The notes below the pieces were generated by a model, which did no database searches, was not told the DNA's origin, and saw only the letters and a program-made list of their open reading frames with translations. Below are positions 19,580-28,579 of a DNA stretch of 64,000 nt, piece by piece. Both the position numbers and the translations under genes were made by a program. Where the stretch lies: contig OZ241877.1 in the NCBI GenBank assembly GCA_965203095.1, positions 672,001 through 736,000 on the forward strand. Direction: 5' to 3'. This DNA is from Bdellovibrionales bacterium. GTDB taxonomy: Bacteria; Bdellovibrionota; Bdellovibrionia; Bdellovibrionales; UBA1609. Each line of letters starts with the position of its first letter. The first letter of the stretch is position 1.

Positions 19580-21109
19580 GTGGATAAAATTTATTTTCTT
19601 ATAGATACAAATATTTTTATACAACTGGAAGATAATCAAATTGTAAAGGAATCATTTGCAAAGTTTCATAATCTCTGTAATAAACATTCTGTTGTAATCT
19701 TCACTCATCCTTTATCAAGAGAGGAAATAGAAAAAGATAAAAATAAACAAAGAAGAGATGAAACTTTAAGTAAAATTGATAAATATACACAGATTGAGGA
19801 TCCTCCATCAATAGATAAAACTCAATTAGAATCCCGATTTGGAGCAATTAAAAAATCCAATGATGAAATCGACTGCCAAATGCTTTACACCTTAATAAAA
19901 AACGCTGTTTCTTTTTTGGTGACAGAAGATATAGGCATTCATCAAAGGGCTAAACTTGCATCTATTAAAAATAAAGTCTTGACTGTTAATCAAGCTAACA
20001 ATATGTTAGAGCGATTATTTCCAAAACCAATAGAATTTTCTTTGCCAGAAATTAAAAATACTTATATTCGCAATGTAAATCATGATGATATAATTTTTGA
20101 CAGCTTAAATAGTGATTATGACAATTTTGCTGATTGGATAAAAAAGTGTTCCATAGAACAGGTTAAGGCATGGATTATTAAAAATTCAGAAGATAAGTTG
20201 GAATCTATCTGTATCTATAAAGAAGCTAAAAATGAAGATTATACCTTATATGACCTTCCAAAAAAATCATTAAAACTTGCAACATTTAAAGTTGCAGAAT
20301 CTCATAGAGGAAAAAAATTAGGGGAATTGATGCTAAAACAAGCGTTTCTTTATTCTGTAAAAAATAATTTTAAATCTTGTTGGATGACAGTATTTTCAAG
20401 ATATGAAATTTTAATTGGTTTTATAAAAGATTTTGGTTTTTTTGAAATTGGAAAAACAAAATTGATAGACAAAAAAACAAATAAACCAGAATTAGTTTTT
20501 AAAAAAGATTTTACTAAACCAAAAAAAAGTGAATTGAAAGGTTTAGATTTTCATATAAAACACTTTCCTTTTTATGATGATAGCAATGATATAGGAAAAT
20601 ACATCATTCCCATAAAGAAAAAATACCATAAAACACTTTTTCCGGAGTATGAGGAGCTTTTTTCTCCTCCTTTAGTAGACAATCAGTATTTTTTTCCAGG
20701 AATGGATAGAATAACAAATAATATTCCAGGGCATACAATAAAAAAAGTATATCTTTGTCATTCTCCAACAACGCAGTTAAAGTTAAGTGATTTATTACTT
20801 TTTTATATTTCTTCCCCAAAACAAGCTATTTGTTCAATGGGCATCATTGAGTCGGTTTTTCGCTCAGATAAACTCAGTAAAATAGTTTCTCATATAGGAA
20901 AAAGATCTGTTTATTCTTTTTCAGAAATACAAGAGATGACAAAAAGAGAAACACTGGTAATAGCTTTTAGGCTCATAAAACATTTTAAAAAAGAAGTTTC
21001 ATTTAATACTTTAAAAAAAGAACAAATAATAAAAGGCCCACCTCAGTCAATCCAAAAATTAAAAAATGAATCCTATGATAAATTTAACAAACTTGTTGAA
21101 ACAAATTGA
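19580..21109 (+). CDS. PIN-like + GNAT acetyltransferase + ASCH/PUA-like multidomain protein
   Basis: FLIDTNIF and LVTEDIGI (PIN); LKLATFKVAESHRGKKLGELM (GNAT acetyl-CoA motif); IIPIK..Y, KKVYLC, DLLLFY, GPPQS (ASCH-like). Confidence 0.78.
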   Translation: MDKIYFLIDTNIFIQLEDNQIVKESFAKFHNLCNKHSVVIFTHPLSREEIEKDKNKQRRDETLSKIDKYTQIEDPPSIDKTQLESRFGAIKKSNDEIDCQMLYTLIKNAVSFLVTEDIGIHQRAKLASIKNKVLTVNQANNMLERLFPKPIEFSLPEIKNTYIRNVNHDDIIFDSLNSDYDNFADWIKKCSIEQVKAWIIKNSEDKLESICIYKEAKNEDYTLYDLPKKSLKLATFKVAESHRGKKLGELMLKQAFLYSVKNNFKSCWMTVFSRYEILIGFIKDFGFFEIGKTKLIDKKTNKPELVFKKDFTKPKKSELKGLDFHIKHFPFYDDSNDIGKYIIPIKKKYHKTLFPEYEELFSPPLVDNQYFFPGMDRITNNIPGHTIKKVYLCHSPTTQLKLSDLLLFYISSPKQAICSMGIIESVFRSDKLSKIVSHIGKRSVYSFSEIQEMTKRETLVIAFRLIKHFKKEVSFNTLKKEQIIKGPPQSIQKLKNESYDKFNKLVETN

Positions 21110-21179
21110 CCAACAGGTTTATAAACTTTACAATCTCACTTCAAAAGATATTGAGATTATTGAAAAAAATAAAAGATAA
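21099..21179 (+). pseudogene. Second orphan copy of the R-M gene 3' end
   Basis: aaacaaattgaccaacaggtttataaactttacaatctcact translates KQIDQQVYKLYNLTSKDIEIIEKNKR*. Confidence 0.85.
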
Positions 21180-21225
21180 CTTAAAAAGGTATTTTGGAAT
21201 TTTCAACAACTATAAAGAAAAAACG

Positions 21226-22443
21226 ATGACAAAAGATCAAAAAAAATCAAAACTCTCTCTCATTTTAAAATGGATACCTTTTCAGTTTAAATATAAAAAG
21301 CAAATATTATATTTTGTATTTCCAGTTTGTTTGTTAGTGTTATTTTTAGGTGATTCGTTTGCATCAAAGCTATCCCTTGTAGCTTCCATTGTTGCTCTTA
21401 TTGTGGCTTGGCGGGCCTATCGATTACAAAAAAAATCAGAAAAAGATTTAAAGCAAATTGAAGAGAATATCTATATTTTGAAAGCGGAAGGACAAAAAAT
21501 TCAAAAAAATGTTGAACAAATAAAAAACACTTCTTCTAAAATGCAGGAATATGTCAACAAGTCTTATTTTCAAGTAGAGAGAACAACTGCACTCAACAAA
21601 TATCCCGACAGGGAGGAATTTAAAAAAATTAACGAAGCCTATCTGCCTTTTATATTTGCCTTATTTGATCCTTATGATAAACCCATTATTGGCATACAAA
21701 TCCATCCAGACAATTCAGAAGAGGATTTAAGATATGATATAGAAGTAGTTAAAAATGAGATAAATATACCAAAAAAAGAGAGGTTTTTATATTCAAATTT
21801 TTACATTATTAAAATTTTAGCTCCGGCCTTTTCAGGAGGTTTGACAGAAGAGGATTTACAGAAATATAAACACAGCCCGATAAAAGAAGGCGAATATTAT
21901 GCTTGTAGATTTGATCAGATGCAATGTTCCTGGATTCTAAGTCAAAGACTAACTATCGGCTCAAAAGAAAAACCCGGATTTTTCAAATTTTATCCCTCTG
22001 GTTCTATATCTGAAGCTGAGATTGTTCCCTCCGCAAATGAGGTTATGGGATACAATCAAAACAAATATCCTGGCAGTGAATATACTCTCCTTGGTCGGTT
22101 TATAGTAGATGAGACTGGCAATTTTCCTGCAAGAGCTGGAGATTTTTTTAAGTTATTTAAAAAAGAGAATCAGGTTTTCTTTACTATCAATGATTCTCCT
22201 TTAAAAGAGATATATATTCTTAAAACTTGGATCCATGCTCAAAGCAAATATTTTCTTGTTTTTGAAAACCTAAGAGGATATATAAAAAATCAAAATTTTG
22301 TAGAAAATCTAAAAAACAGAATCTTTGAGAAAATTAACTGGAATGATTTGCTTGAAAAAAGTATGGATGAAATCAAATATGAAAAAAACCATCATATAAA
22401 AATCCCATTAGAGAATCATAAAAACCAGCTTAAGCCCTCCTGA
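21226..22443 (+). CDS. Hypothetical protein X2 (paralog of X1 with an extra N-terminal TM segment)
   Basis: Shares LSLVASIVAL...QCSWILSQRLTIGSKEK...HIKIPLENHKNQ with 9437-10570. First ATG is at 21226; the ORF track starts at TTG 21106. Confidence 0.75.
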   Translation: MTKDQKKSKLSLILKWIPFQFKYKKQILYFVFPVCLLVLFLGDSFASKLSLVASIVALIVAWRAYRLQKKSEKDLKQIEENIYILKAEGQKIQKNVEQIKNTSSKMQEYVNKSYFQVERTTALNKYPDREEFKKINEAYLPFIFALFDPYDKPIIGIQIHPDNSEEDLRYDIEVVKNEINIPKKERFLYSNFYIIKILAPAFSGGLTEEDLQKYKHSPIKEGEYYACRFDQMQCSWILSQRLTIGSKEKPGFFKFYPSGSISEAEIVPSANEVMGYNQNKYPGSEYTLLGRFIVDETGNFPARAGDFFKLFKKENQVFFTINDSPLKEIYILKTWIHAQSKYFLVFENLRGYIKNQNFVENLKNRIFEKINWNDLLEKSMDEIKYEKNHHIKIPLENHKNQLKPS

Positions 22444-22510
22444 ACCTAGGATAATATTAAAACTACAATACTCAATTTACTTCTTCTATCTTAGAAAATT
22501 TTAAAAGATA

Positions 22511-23017
22511 TTAATTTTTCTCACCTAAATTATACAGTTTTTCAAGATGATTAAAAACAGTAAAAATGTCAGAGAAATTATCAAAAAATAGCTTTTTGTC
22601 TGATAATACATAATTTCCAGAAAACATTTTTCCTATGAGAGTATTTGAGTCAATCAATTCTTCTTCTTGATTTGTTGCATGCTTCTTATTATATGGATCA
22701 TATTTATAGCATCTTGCTATAGGTCTATTAGAATCATCTAAATTCATTAAATCTTGTATAGATTGGATTTCAAGAGAATTCAACATTTCACAAACTTCAA
22801 AGTCTTTAACTATAGTTTCTAACTCCGGTTTATATTTTGTAGCTTCTCTTATCCAATCAATTAACTCAGAGATAGCAATTCCAGATAAAAATGAAAGTGT
22901 TCCTGTTAAAATATTCGATCCAACACATTCATCGATTGTTTTGCCTTCAGAAAAAGAAGGAGAACATATAAATAAACTTGTTATGAAGATAAATTTTTTA
23001 ATTTTAGATTTCCACAT
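22511..23017 (-). CDS. Hypothetical secreted/membrane protein
   Basis: GAGG RBS, signal-like MWKSKIKKFIFITSLFIC; no recognisable domain. Confidence 0.55.
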   Translation of the reverse strand: MWKSKIKKFIFITSLFICSPSFSEGKTIDECVGSNILTGTLSFLSGIAISELIDWIREATKYKPELETIVKDFEVCEMLNSLEIQSIQDLMNLDDSNRPIARCYKYDPYNKKHATNQEEELIDSNTLIGKMFSGNYVLSDKKLFFDNFSDIFTVFNHLEKLYNLGEKN

Positions 23018-23027
23018 TTTTTCCTCC

Positions 23028-23279
23028 TTAGTGATATTGATTTTCACATTCTACAACAGCCCCTTTTATACATTCATTAAATTCACTCTGACACTCTTCA
23101 TTGCTTTTTTTATCATACAATTTGCAGATTTCTTTTTTACTATTACAGTTTTTTGTTTCTCTTGATTTACATCTTTCAATTCTATTTTTAAATAATTTGC
23201 TTTTAAACGATTTTTTTTGAATAGAATGACAACTAAAAAGTGGAATACATATAATTAGAAGACTACAACATTTAAACAT
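23028..23279 (-). CDS. Small Cys-rich lipoprotein
   Basis: LFSC lipobox; six-Cys motif shared with 23302-23574; AGGAG RBS. Confidence 0.6.
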   Translation of the reverse strand: MFKCCSLLIICIPLFSCHSIQKKSFKSKLFKNRIERCKSRETKNCNSKKEICKLYDKKSNEECQSEFNECIKGAVVECENQYH

Positions 23280-23301
23280 TTGATACACTCCTGGTTATTA
23301 T

Positions 23302-23574
23302 TTAGGTTTCGTCTTCACATTTTAAAGCAGATTCTTTTTTACATTTATTAAATTCACTTTGACACTCTTCATTGCTTTTTTTATCGTATAATTTGCAGAC
23401 TTTCCTTTTACTATTACAGTTGTTTGTTTCTCTTGATTTACATCTTTCAATTCTATTTTTCTCTATTTTGGTTTTAAATGTTTTTTTTTGAAAATAAGGT
23501 TTTCCAAATAAATATGTAAATATAAGAACAATGGCTACTATAAGGATTATTGATAAGGTTTTTAAAAAATTCAT
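23302..23574 (-). CDS. Small Cys-rich membrane-anchored protein (paralog of the previous gene)
   Basis: N-terminal TM helix; KNRIERCKSRETNNCNSK..VCKLYDKKSNEECQSEFNKC. Confidence 0.6.
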   Translation of the reverse strand: MNFLKTLSIILIVAIVLIFTYLFGKPYFQKKTFKTKIEKNRIERCKSRETNNCNSKRKVCKLYDKKSNEECQSEFNKCKKESALKCEDET

Positions 23575-23912
23575 TATTTGCTCTCCATAAATTTAAATTC
23601 AACAATAATAAAACCGGTTAGGCCATACTTAGGAAGCTACCCTCCATTTTGAAAAGCAAAGGGTAAGGGCAACTTTTTTTATTATATATCAAGGCTTTTT
23701 TATTTGTAAATAATTTTACATAATGCGTCAAATCTATAAGTCAATTTTGCTCTTCTAAAACTTGGTATTAGAGGGATTTCTGATTCATGAAGTGCTTTTA
23801 TTGAAACAATAATTATTCAAAAAAACTGAATTGACATCTTGACTTCATCAATAAGGATCAGTTATGGATATTTTCTTATCGGGCAAAGAAAGAAATAAAA
23901 AAGGAGGCATCC

Positions 23913-24329
23913 ATGCGTGATTACAATATATTTATCAGCCATTCATGGTCTTATTCTGATAAATATGACAAGCTTATTGAAATGTTGAAAACAGCATCAT
24001 ATTTTTCTTTCAGAGATTTTTCTGTGCCAAAAGATGATCCCATCCATAATGCTTCTACATCTCAAGATTTATATAACGCCATAAAACAACAAATATCCCC
24101 AGTAAGTGTTGTTTTGATTCTTGCAGGAGTTTACGCAAGTTACAGTAAATGGATTGATAAAGAAATTCATATTGCTCAATCCGGGTTTTCTTTTCCAAAA
24201 AAAATTTTGGCTGTTGAGCCTTGGGGCAGTGAAAAAACCTCTAAGCTTGTAAAAAATAATGCTGACAAAATTGTTGGTTGGAATGGTCAAAGCATAGCAG
24301 ATGCCATAAAAGAGCTGGTTAATGAATGA
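23913..24329 (+). CDS. TIR domain protein (MTH538/DUF1863, ThsB-like)
   Basis: YNIFISHSW, DFSVP, SKWIDKEI (catalytic Glu position), IVGWN; AGGAGG RBS. Confidence 0.85.
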   Translation: MRDYNIFISHSWSYSDKYDKLIEMLKTASYFSFRDFSVPKDDPIHNASTSQDLYNAIKQQISPVSVVLILAGVYASYSKWIDKEIHIAQSGFSFPKKILAVEPWGSEKTSKLVKNNADKIVGWNGQSIADAIKELVNE

Positions 24330-24771
24330 GAAGGATAAGCCGGATAAATACATCTTGCTTGAGCAGTATAAGTTATATGTGGAAATGGCAGACAGGATTA
24401 GCCAGAGGAGACAATCTGCTAATAGTTATTTTATCAGTATCAATGTATTCCTGATTTCTTTTTCTTCCTACATGAACCATATAAAATCCTCCAGCGTGGG
24501 GGTTTTTATTATATTTCTGTCTGGAATCTTAGTTTGTGTTATATGGTATAAACTTATCAAATCTTATAAAGGAATGAATAGTGGAAAATTTAAAGTCATC
24601 CATGACATGGAGAAACTGCTTGATTATCAGCCTTATGACATAGAGTGGAAAAAGCTGAAGCATGGAAAAGATAAAAAACTTTATCATCCATTTACAAAAA
24701 TTGAATTATGTATTCCCTGGCTCTTTGGTGCTTTGTATGGAATTTTTATTCTGATCTTGTTTACTCCTTAG
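24322..24771 (+). CDS. Small integral membrane protein (RipA-like), overlapping the TIR gene
   Basis: LLEQYKLYVEMADRISQRRQSANSYF, hydrophobic helices, KFKVIHDMEK, FTKIELCIPWLF; 8-bp overlap with the TIR gene. Confidence 0.65.
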   Translation: MNEKDKPDKYILLEQYKLYVEMADRISQRRQSANSYFISINVFLISFSSYMNHIKSSSVGVFIIFLSGILVCVIWYKLIKSYKGMNSGKFKVIHDMEKLLDYQPYDIEWKKLKHGKDKKLYHPFTKIELCIPWLFGALYGIFILILFTP

Positions 24772-25141
24772 GGCTTGAAATAACAGTATTGGTTTATTTA
24801 ATTTGATTCTCCATGTTTTTAATATTAGGTTCAGGAGCATTTTAAGGGCCTTTTTTCAATAGTTTAATAAGCTGAGTGACTGCTTCGATTTGTCAATATC
24901 CAAATAAAAGTTTTTTTGATCTTATTTTTTGCAAAGACGATCTATTTCAGTTGTATAATGAGGATAAGAAACTAAGCCAATGCCTTTAATATTCCCTTTA
25001 ATGTTTCTGAAAAAAGGCTTAAGCATATTGAAATATATATCATTTTTTCTTTAATAATAAAACCACCCCATACCATATATTTTGGTTCATTAGGATTTCC
25101 ACCCCATTTACTGTCATCTAAGTAAAGGGTATATAGACTCA

Positions 25142-25516
25142 CTAAGGTATCATCAAAGTTGAAGGATTTTTATCAGCCCATTCTTTTTTAAAATTTGGCC
25201 GAGAGAAAAATTTTTTTTGAGATACAGGCTTTAATGGAGGTGTTGGCAATTCAACAAATCTTTTAGGTATTTTTATTGAAGGAAAAACAGGATGACATTT
25301 TCCGTTTGTGCTTTTCATAAAACCAACACATTTTCCGTTCAAATCTCTTAAAATTCCGTCATCAAACCATCCCCTTTGAGTGCCATTAAAATCATGCACT
25401 CTATCTTTTTCTATATATCCTGCATAGATATTATGCCTACAGCTTGCAAGATAGCCTCTTTTTACAACCCTTAAGGAAGGTGTGCCTTTTCGGTCAAAAA
25501 TTACATTTTTCATCAT
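25142..25516 (-). CDS. Hypothetical protein, possibly 4-fold beta-flower domain
   Basis: Repeated DxxG..GW/F units (FDRKG, HDFNGTQRGWF, RDLNGKCVGF) and a Pro-rich tail. Confidence 0.55.
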   Translation of the reverse strand: MMKNVIFDRKGTPSLRVVKRGYLASCRHNIYAGYIEKDRVHDFNGTQRGWFDDGILRDLNGKCVGFMKSTNGKCHPVFPSIKIPKRFVELPTPPLKPVSQKKFFSRPNFKKEWADKNPSTLMIP

Positions 25517-25887
25517 TTATTATAATAATGGTTTTTTTAGTCAAAGTCAAGCAAGTCGGGAGAAAGTAGCTGGTAGGGGCTGAAGACAAGTCGTGGCGAA
25601 AGGCTTAAACCAAAAATAAAAAAAATCCCATAGAATCAAGCCTATACCGCCACAGCTTGGGCCTTGTGCTTCCCGCGTTTCCCGCTCTATCCCGGAAATT
25701 CACCTCCAAATCACCTCCAAAATGTTTAAAAAACAGGAACTAAAATCAGCCAATGAAAAAAATAGACAGCCTCTCAAAAGAATTGAAGGAACTAAAAGAC
25801 AGCAAAACTTTTTAAATTCTGGTCCTTTGGTGGAAATTTTTACAAAAGGCTTTATTTTTCCGGACGATCATTCTATAAGACGACACA

Positions 25888-26355
25888 ATGAAATTGTTAG
25901 TTAGCCTTATTCTTTTAATAAACTTGCCGGCTTTTGCTAACTGCTATGATGTTTTTGCCCCTGATAAAAAAGCACTGATTGAAAAAATTAGACAAGGGGA
26001 AAAAGACTTGGCGGGTGCAGACTTGTCAGAAGCCGACTTGTCAAGGGTAGACTTGTCTTTAGCAAACTTGAGAAAAGCGAACTTAACAAGGGCGAATTTG
26101 AGAGGGGCAAACCTGTCATGGGCAACTCTGTATAATGCTGACTTAAGACTTGCGAACTTGAGGGGGGCGGACCTATCAAGGGGGACCTTGTATAAGGCCG
26201 ACCTATCAGGTGCCGACTTGTCAGAAGCCGACTTATCAGGGGCAAACCTTTATATGATGGTCTTGGTGGGTGCGACTATAGACTCAGAAATTCGTCTGCA
26301 AATAGAGGCATGGCAATGGAAAAACAAAAATAACTATTGGCAGAACAAGCCCTAA
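25888..26355 (+). CDS. Secreted pentapeptide repeat protein
   Basis: A(D/N)LxxA repeats; signal peptide ending AFA. Confidence 0.88.
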   Translation: MKLLVSLILLINLPAFANCYDVFAPDKKALIEKIRQGEKDLAGADLSEADLSRVDLSLANLRKANLTRANLRGANLSWATLYNADLRLANLRGADLSRGTLYKADLSGADLSEADLSGANLYMMVLVGATIDSEIRLQIEAWQWKNKNNYWQNKP

Positions 26356-26553
26356 AACCCTCTATTTTTTCTTTAATCTTTATCTATGTCCCCCTATAAG
26401 TCCTTAGAGGGAAAATAATACTCAAAAACGGTTATTTTAAAGACTTTTTTCATTATTTTCCTTCTTTTTTGGACAATTCAACTTTTATAATAATGATTAT
26501 TTTTCAGTTAAGCTCCTAATCTAAAAAATATTGAGAAAAAGCCCTTTAAATAC

Positions 26554-26578
26554 CCATGAACCAAATCTTGGTTCATGG
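26554..26578. promoter_or_regulatory. Perfect 11-bp inverted repeat (operator or hairpin)
   Basis: ccatgaaccaa-atc-ttggttcatgg, intergenic. Confidence 0.4.
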
Positions 26579-26798
26579 TGGTCCCTTGTATAATTGTATC
26601 TATTTTTAGGCCAGCAGACTATGTTTTGAACATTTTTTCACTTTTCTTGCAAGTTTTAAATGCTTAATGTATAAAGTATAAAATGTTTATAACCAGCAAG
26701 TTATTTTTTAATCTGATAAGATTATAGATTATTTGCTGTCATTGGAAGTTTGAGTTCAATAGGGGTTTGAGCTTAAATTAAACAAAAAGGAGAGAAAT

Positions 26799-27092
26799 AT
26801 GAAAACTTTTAATATAACACTAAAAACATTTATGGTGGTCTTTTGTTTATTCTGTCTAAAATTTACTTTAGCCAGCCCATCGGAAGATTTGTTTCACGGA
26901 ATTTACCGGGGAAACATAGATATGGTGAATCAGGCTCTTAAACAAGGAGCAAACCCTGATTTTAAAGATTCTGGTAGCATAGCATTACTGGAAGCGACAA
27001 AACGAGACTATTACCCTTACGATATTGTCAACGCTTTACTTTCAGCAGAAAAGGCCAACCCAATTAAGACGTTGTCTATCCTTGTTTTATAG
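26799..27092 (+). CDS. Ankyrin-like secreted protein, probably truncated
   Basis: Signal peptide; GNIDMVNQALKQGANPD...ALLEA...IVNALLSA; AGGAG RBS; abrupt end. Confidence 0.5.
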   Translation: MKTFNITLKTFMVVFCLFCLKFTLASPSEDLFHGIYRGNIDMVNQALKQGANPDFKDSGSIALLEATKRDYYPYDIVNALLSAEKANPIKTLSILVL

Positions 27093-27549
27093 ATTCCGCT
27101 GAGTTGGGTATCAAGGAAAACAATATAGCTGTCCCTGATCTGGCTTTTGCTGAATTGAAATCTCACAGAGATTTAAGATTACATGATAAAATCACTATGG
27201 CAAGAAATCATGGAACAGGGTTTAGAGTTAAGGAAAATAAACTCATAAATTTGTTTTCAAATATATCAGAAATAGAATTATAAATAAGGAATAAATTATG
27301 TAGTAATATTGATTTTTGGTTTTCTAAAAGAACTATCAAAGATTTATCTGTTATTAGAAATTCTATATGAAAGAAAGTTGACAAAAAAAATACCAATCTT
27401 TATTCTGGCTGGCTTTTTCTGAAACAGTAAGATTTGTTTCCTATACGAGAAAATTTGAACCTTATATTCGGGCAATTCGCCTAAAAAAACCATTTTTTTA
27501 TAGCTTTTTAAAAAATTTTCAGTATAATGATAGCTAAAAGGAGGAATAA

Positions 27550-28416
27550 ATGAGCAAAATAAGTAATAAATCCACTATTCCTGAGTTAGAAGAGGTTTGG
27601 AAGCTTGTCCGAGAGACACAAAAAAACTTAAAAGACATCTCCACCAGTCAAAAGGAGTTCCAAGTTAGTCAAAAAGAGTGGCAAGCTCAACAAAAAGCTC
27701 AACAAAAAGCTCAACAAAAAGCTCAACAAAAAGAGCGAGAAGCTCAACAAAAAGAGCGAGAAGCTCAACAAAAAGAGCGAGAAGCTCAACAAAAAGAGCG
27801 AGAAGCCCAACAAAAAGAGTGGCAAGCTCAGCAAAAAGCTCAACAAAAAGAGCGAGAAGCCCAACAAAAAGAGTGGCAAGCTCGCCAAAAGGTGTCAGAA
27901 AAGGAAATGCTGGAACTGAAAGAGAGACAAGAGAGATTTCAAGTCCAACAGGAAAAAACAGAGCGTATGATACAAAAAGTGGGCGGGGGGTTCAATAAAC
28001 GATGGGGTCACTTAGTGGAATCCTTAGTTAAGGGAAAGTTGGTTCCTCTATTAAAGAGTAGAGGGATCAAGGTGGAACGGCTTTTTACTAATGCAGAAAC
28101 GGGGAATAAAAATGGGGCTCTTCCCAATACAGAGTTTGATATTGTTGCTGTCAATGGCACAGAGGTAGTGGTTGTAGAAGTGAAAACAACTTTAGCTCCA
28201 AGAGACCTTCGTGATTTTTTATCTCACTTGAGCAATTTTAAGACTTATTTCCCAGAATATAAGAACAAAGCTTTATACGGAGCTATGGCTTATTTAAAGA
28301 GTGAGGGCAAAGCAGAAGTTTTGTCGGAAAAAGAAGGTTTATTTGTAATAAAAGCCGTAGGAGATAGTGCCAGTTTGATCAATAAACCAGACTTTAAACC
28401 CAAAGCTTTTGCTTAA
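27550..28416 (+). CDS. Coiled-coil repeat protein with C-terminal PD-(D/E)XK nuclease-like domain (DUF3782-like)
   Basis: QKAQ and QKEREAQ tandem repeats; WGHLVE, EFDIVAVNGTEVVVVEVK; AGGAGG RBS. Confidence 0.75.
   Translation: MSKISNKSTIPELEEVWKLVRETQKNLKDISTSQKEFQVSQKEWQAQQKAQQKAQQKAQQKEREAQQKEREAQQKEREAQQKEREAQQKEWQAQQKAQQKEREAQQKEWQARQKVSEKEMLELKERQERFQVQQEKTERMIQKVGGGFNKRWGHLVESLVKGKLVPLLKSRGIKVERLFTNAETGNKNGALPNTEFDIVAVNGTEVVVVEVKTTLAPRDLRDFLSHLSNFKTYFPEYKNKALYGAMAYLKSEGKAEVLSEKEGLFVIKAVGDSASLINKPDFKPKAFA
27669..27890 (+). repeat. In-frame VNTR with 12-bp and 21-bp units
   Basis: gctcaacaaaaa and gctcaacaaaaagagcgagaa arrays. Confidence 0.9.
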
Positions 28417-28419
28417 AAA

Positions 28420-28538
28420 GTCCGTTTTTCCCGTGCAAACGGGAATCCATAAAAGTTTATTCTTCTGTAAAAGCTTGTTAAAAAGTCTCCGAGCTGTTCT
28501 GGATTCCCGCTCAAGCCGAAAAAGTCAGTGGGAATGAA
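28420..28538. repeat. Pair of intergenic palindromic repeats in inverted orientation
   Basis: ttcccgtgcaaacgggaatcca and tggattcccgc...gtgggaatga. Confidence 0.7.
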
Positions 28539-28579
28539 TGGCTTTTTTACAGAGAATTAAGTAGGATATAGGCAAAACT

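Noticed and set aside
27628..27998. Repetitive alternative-frame ORFs (also 4703-5050, 40930-41208, 53986-54351, 55277-55618)
   Set aside because: Shadows of stop-free tandem repeats inside real genes.
22500..28420. Integron cassette array
   Set aside because: Genes are in mixed orientations, and I found no recurring attC-like sites or IntI gene.
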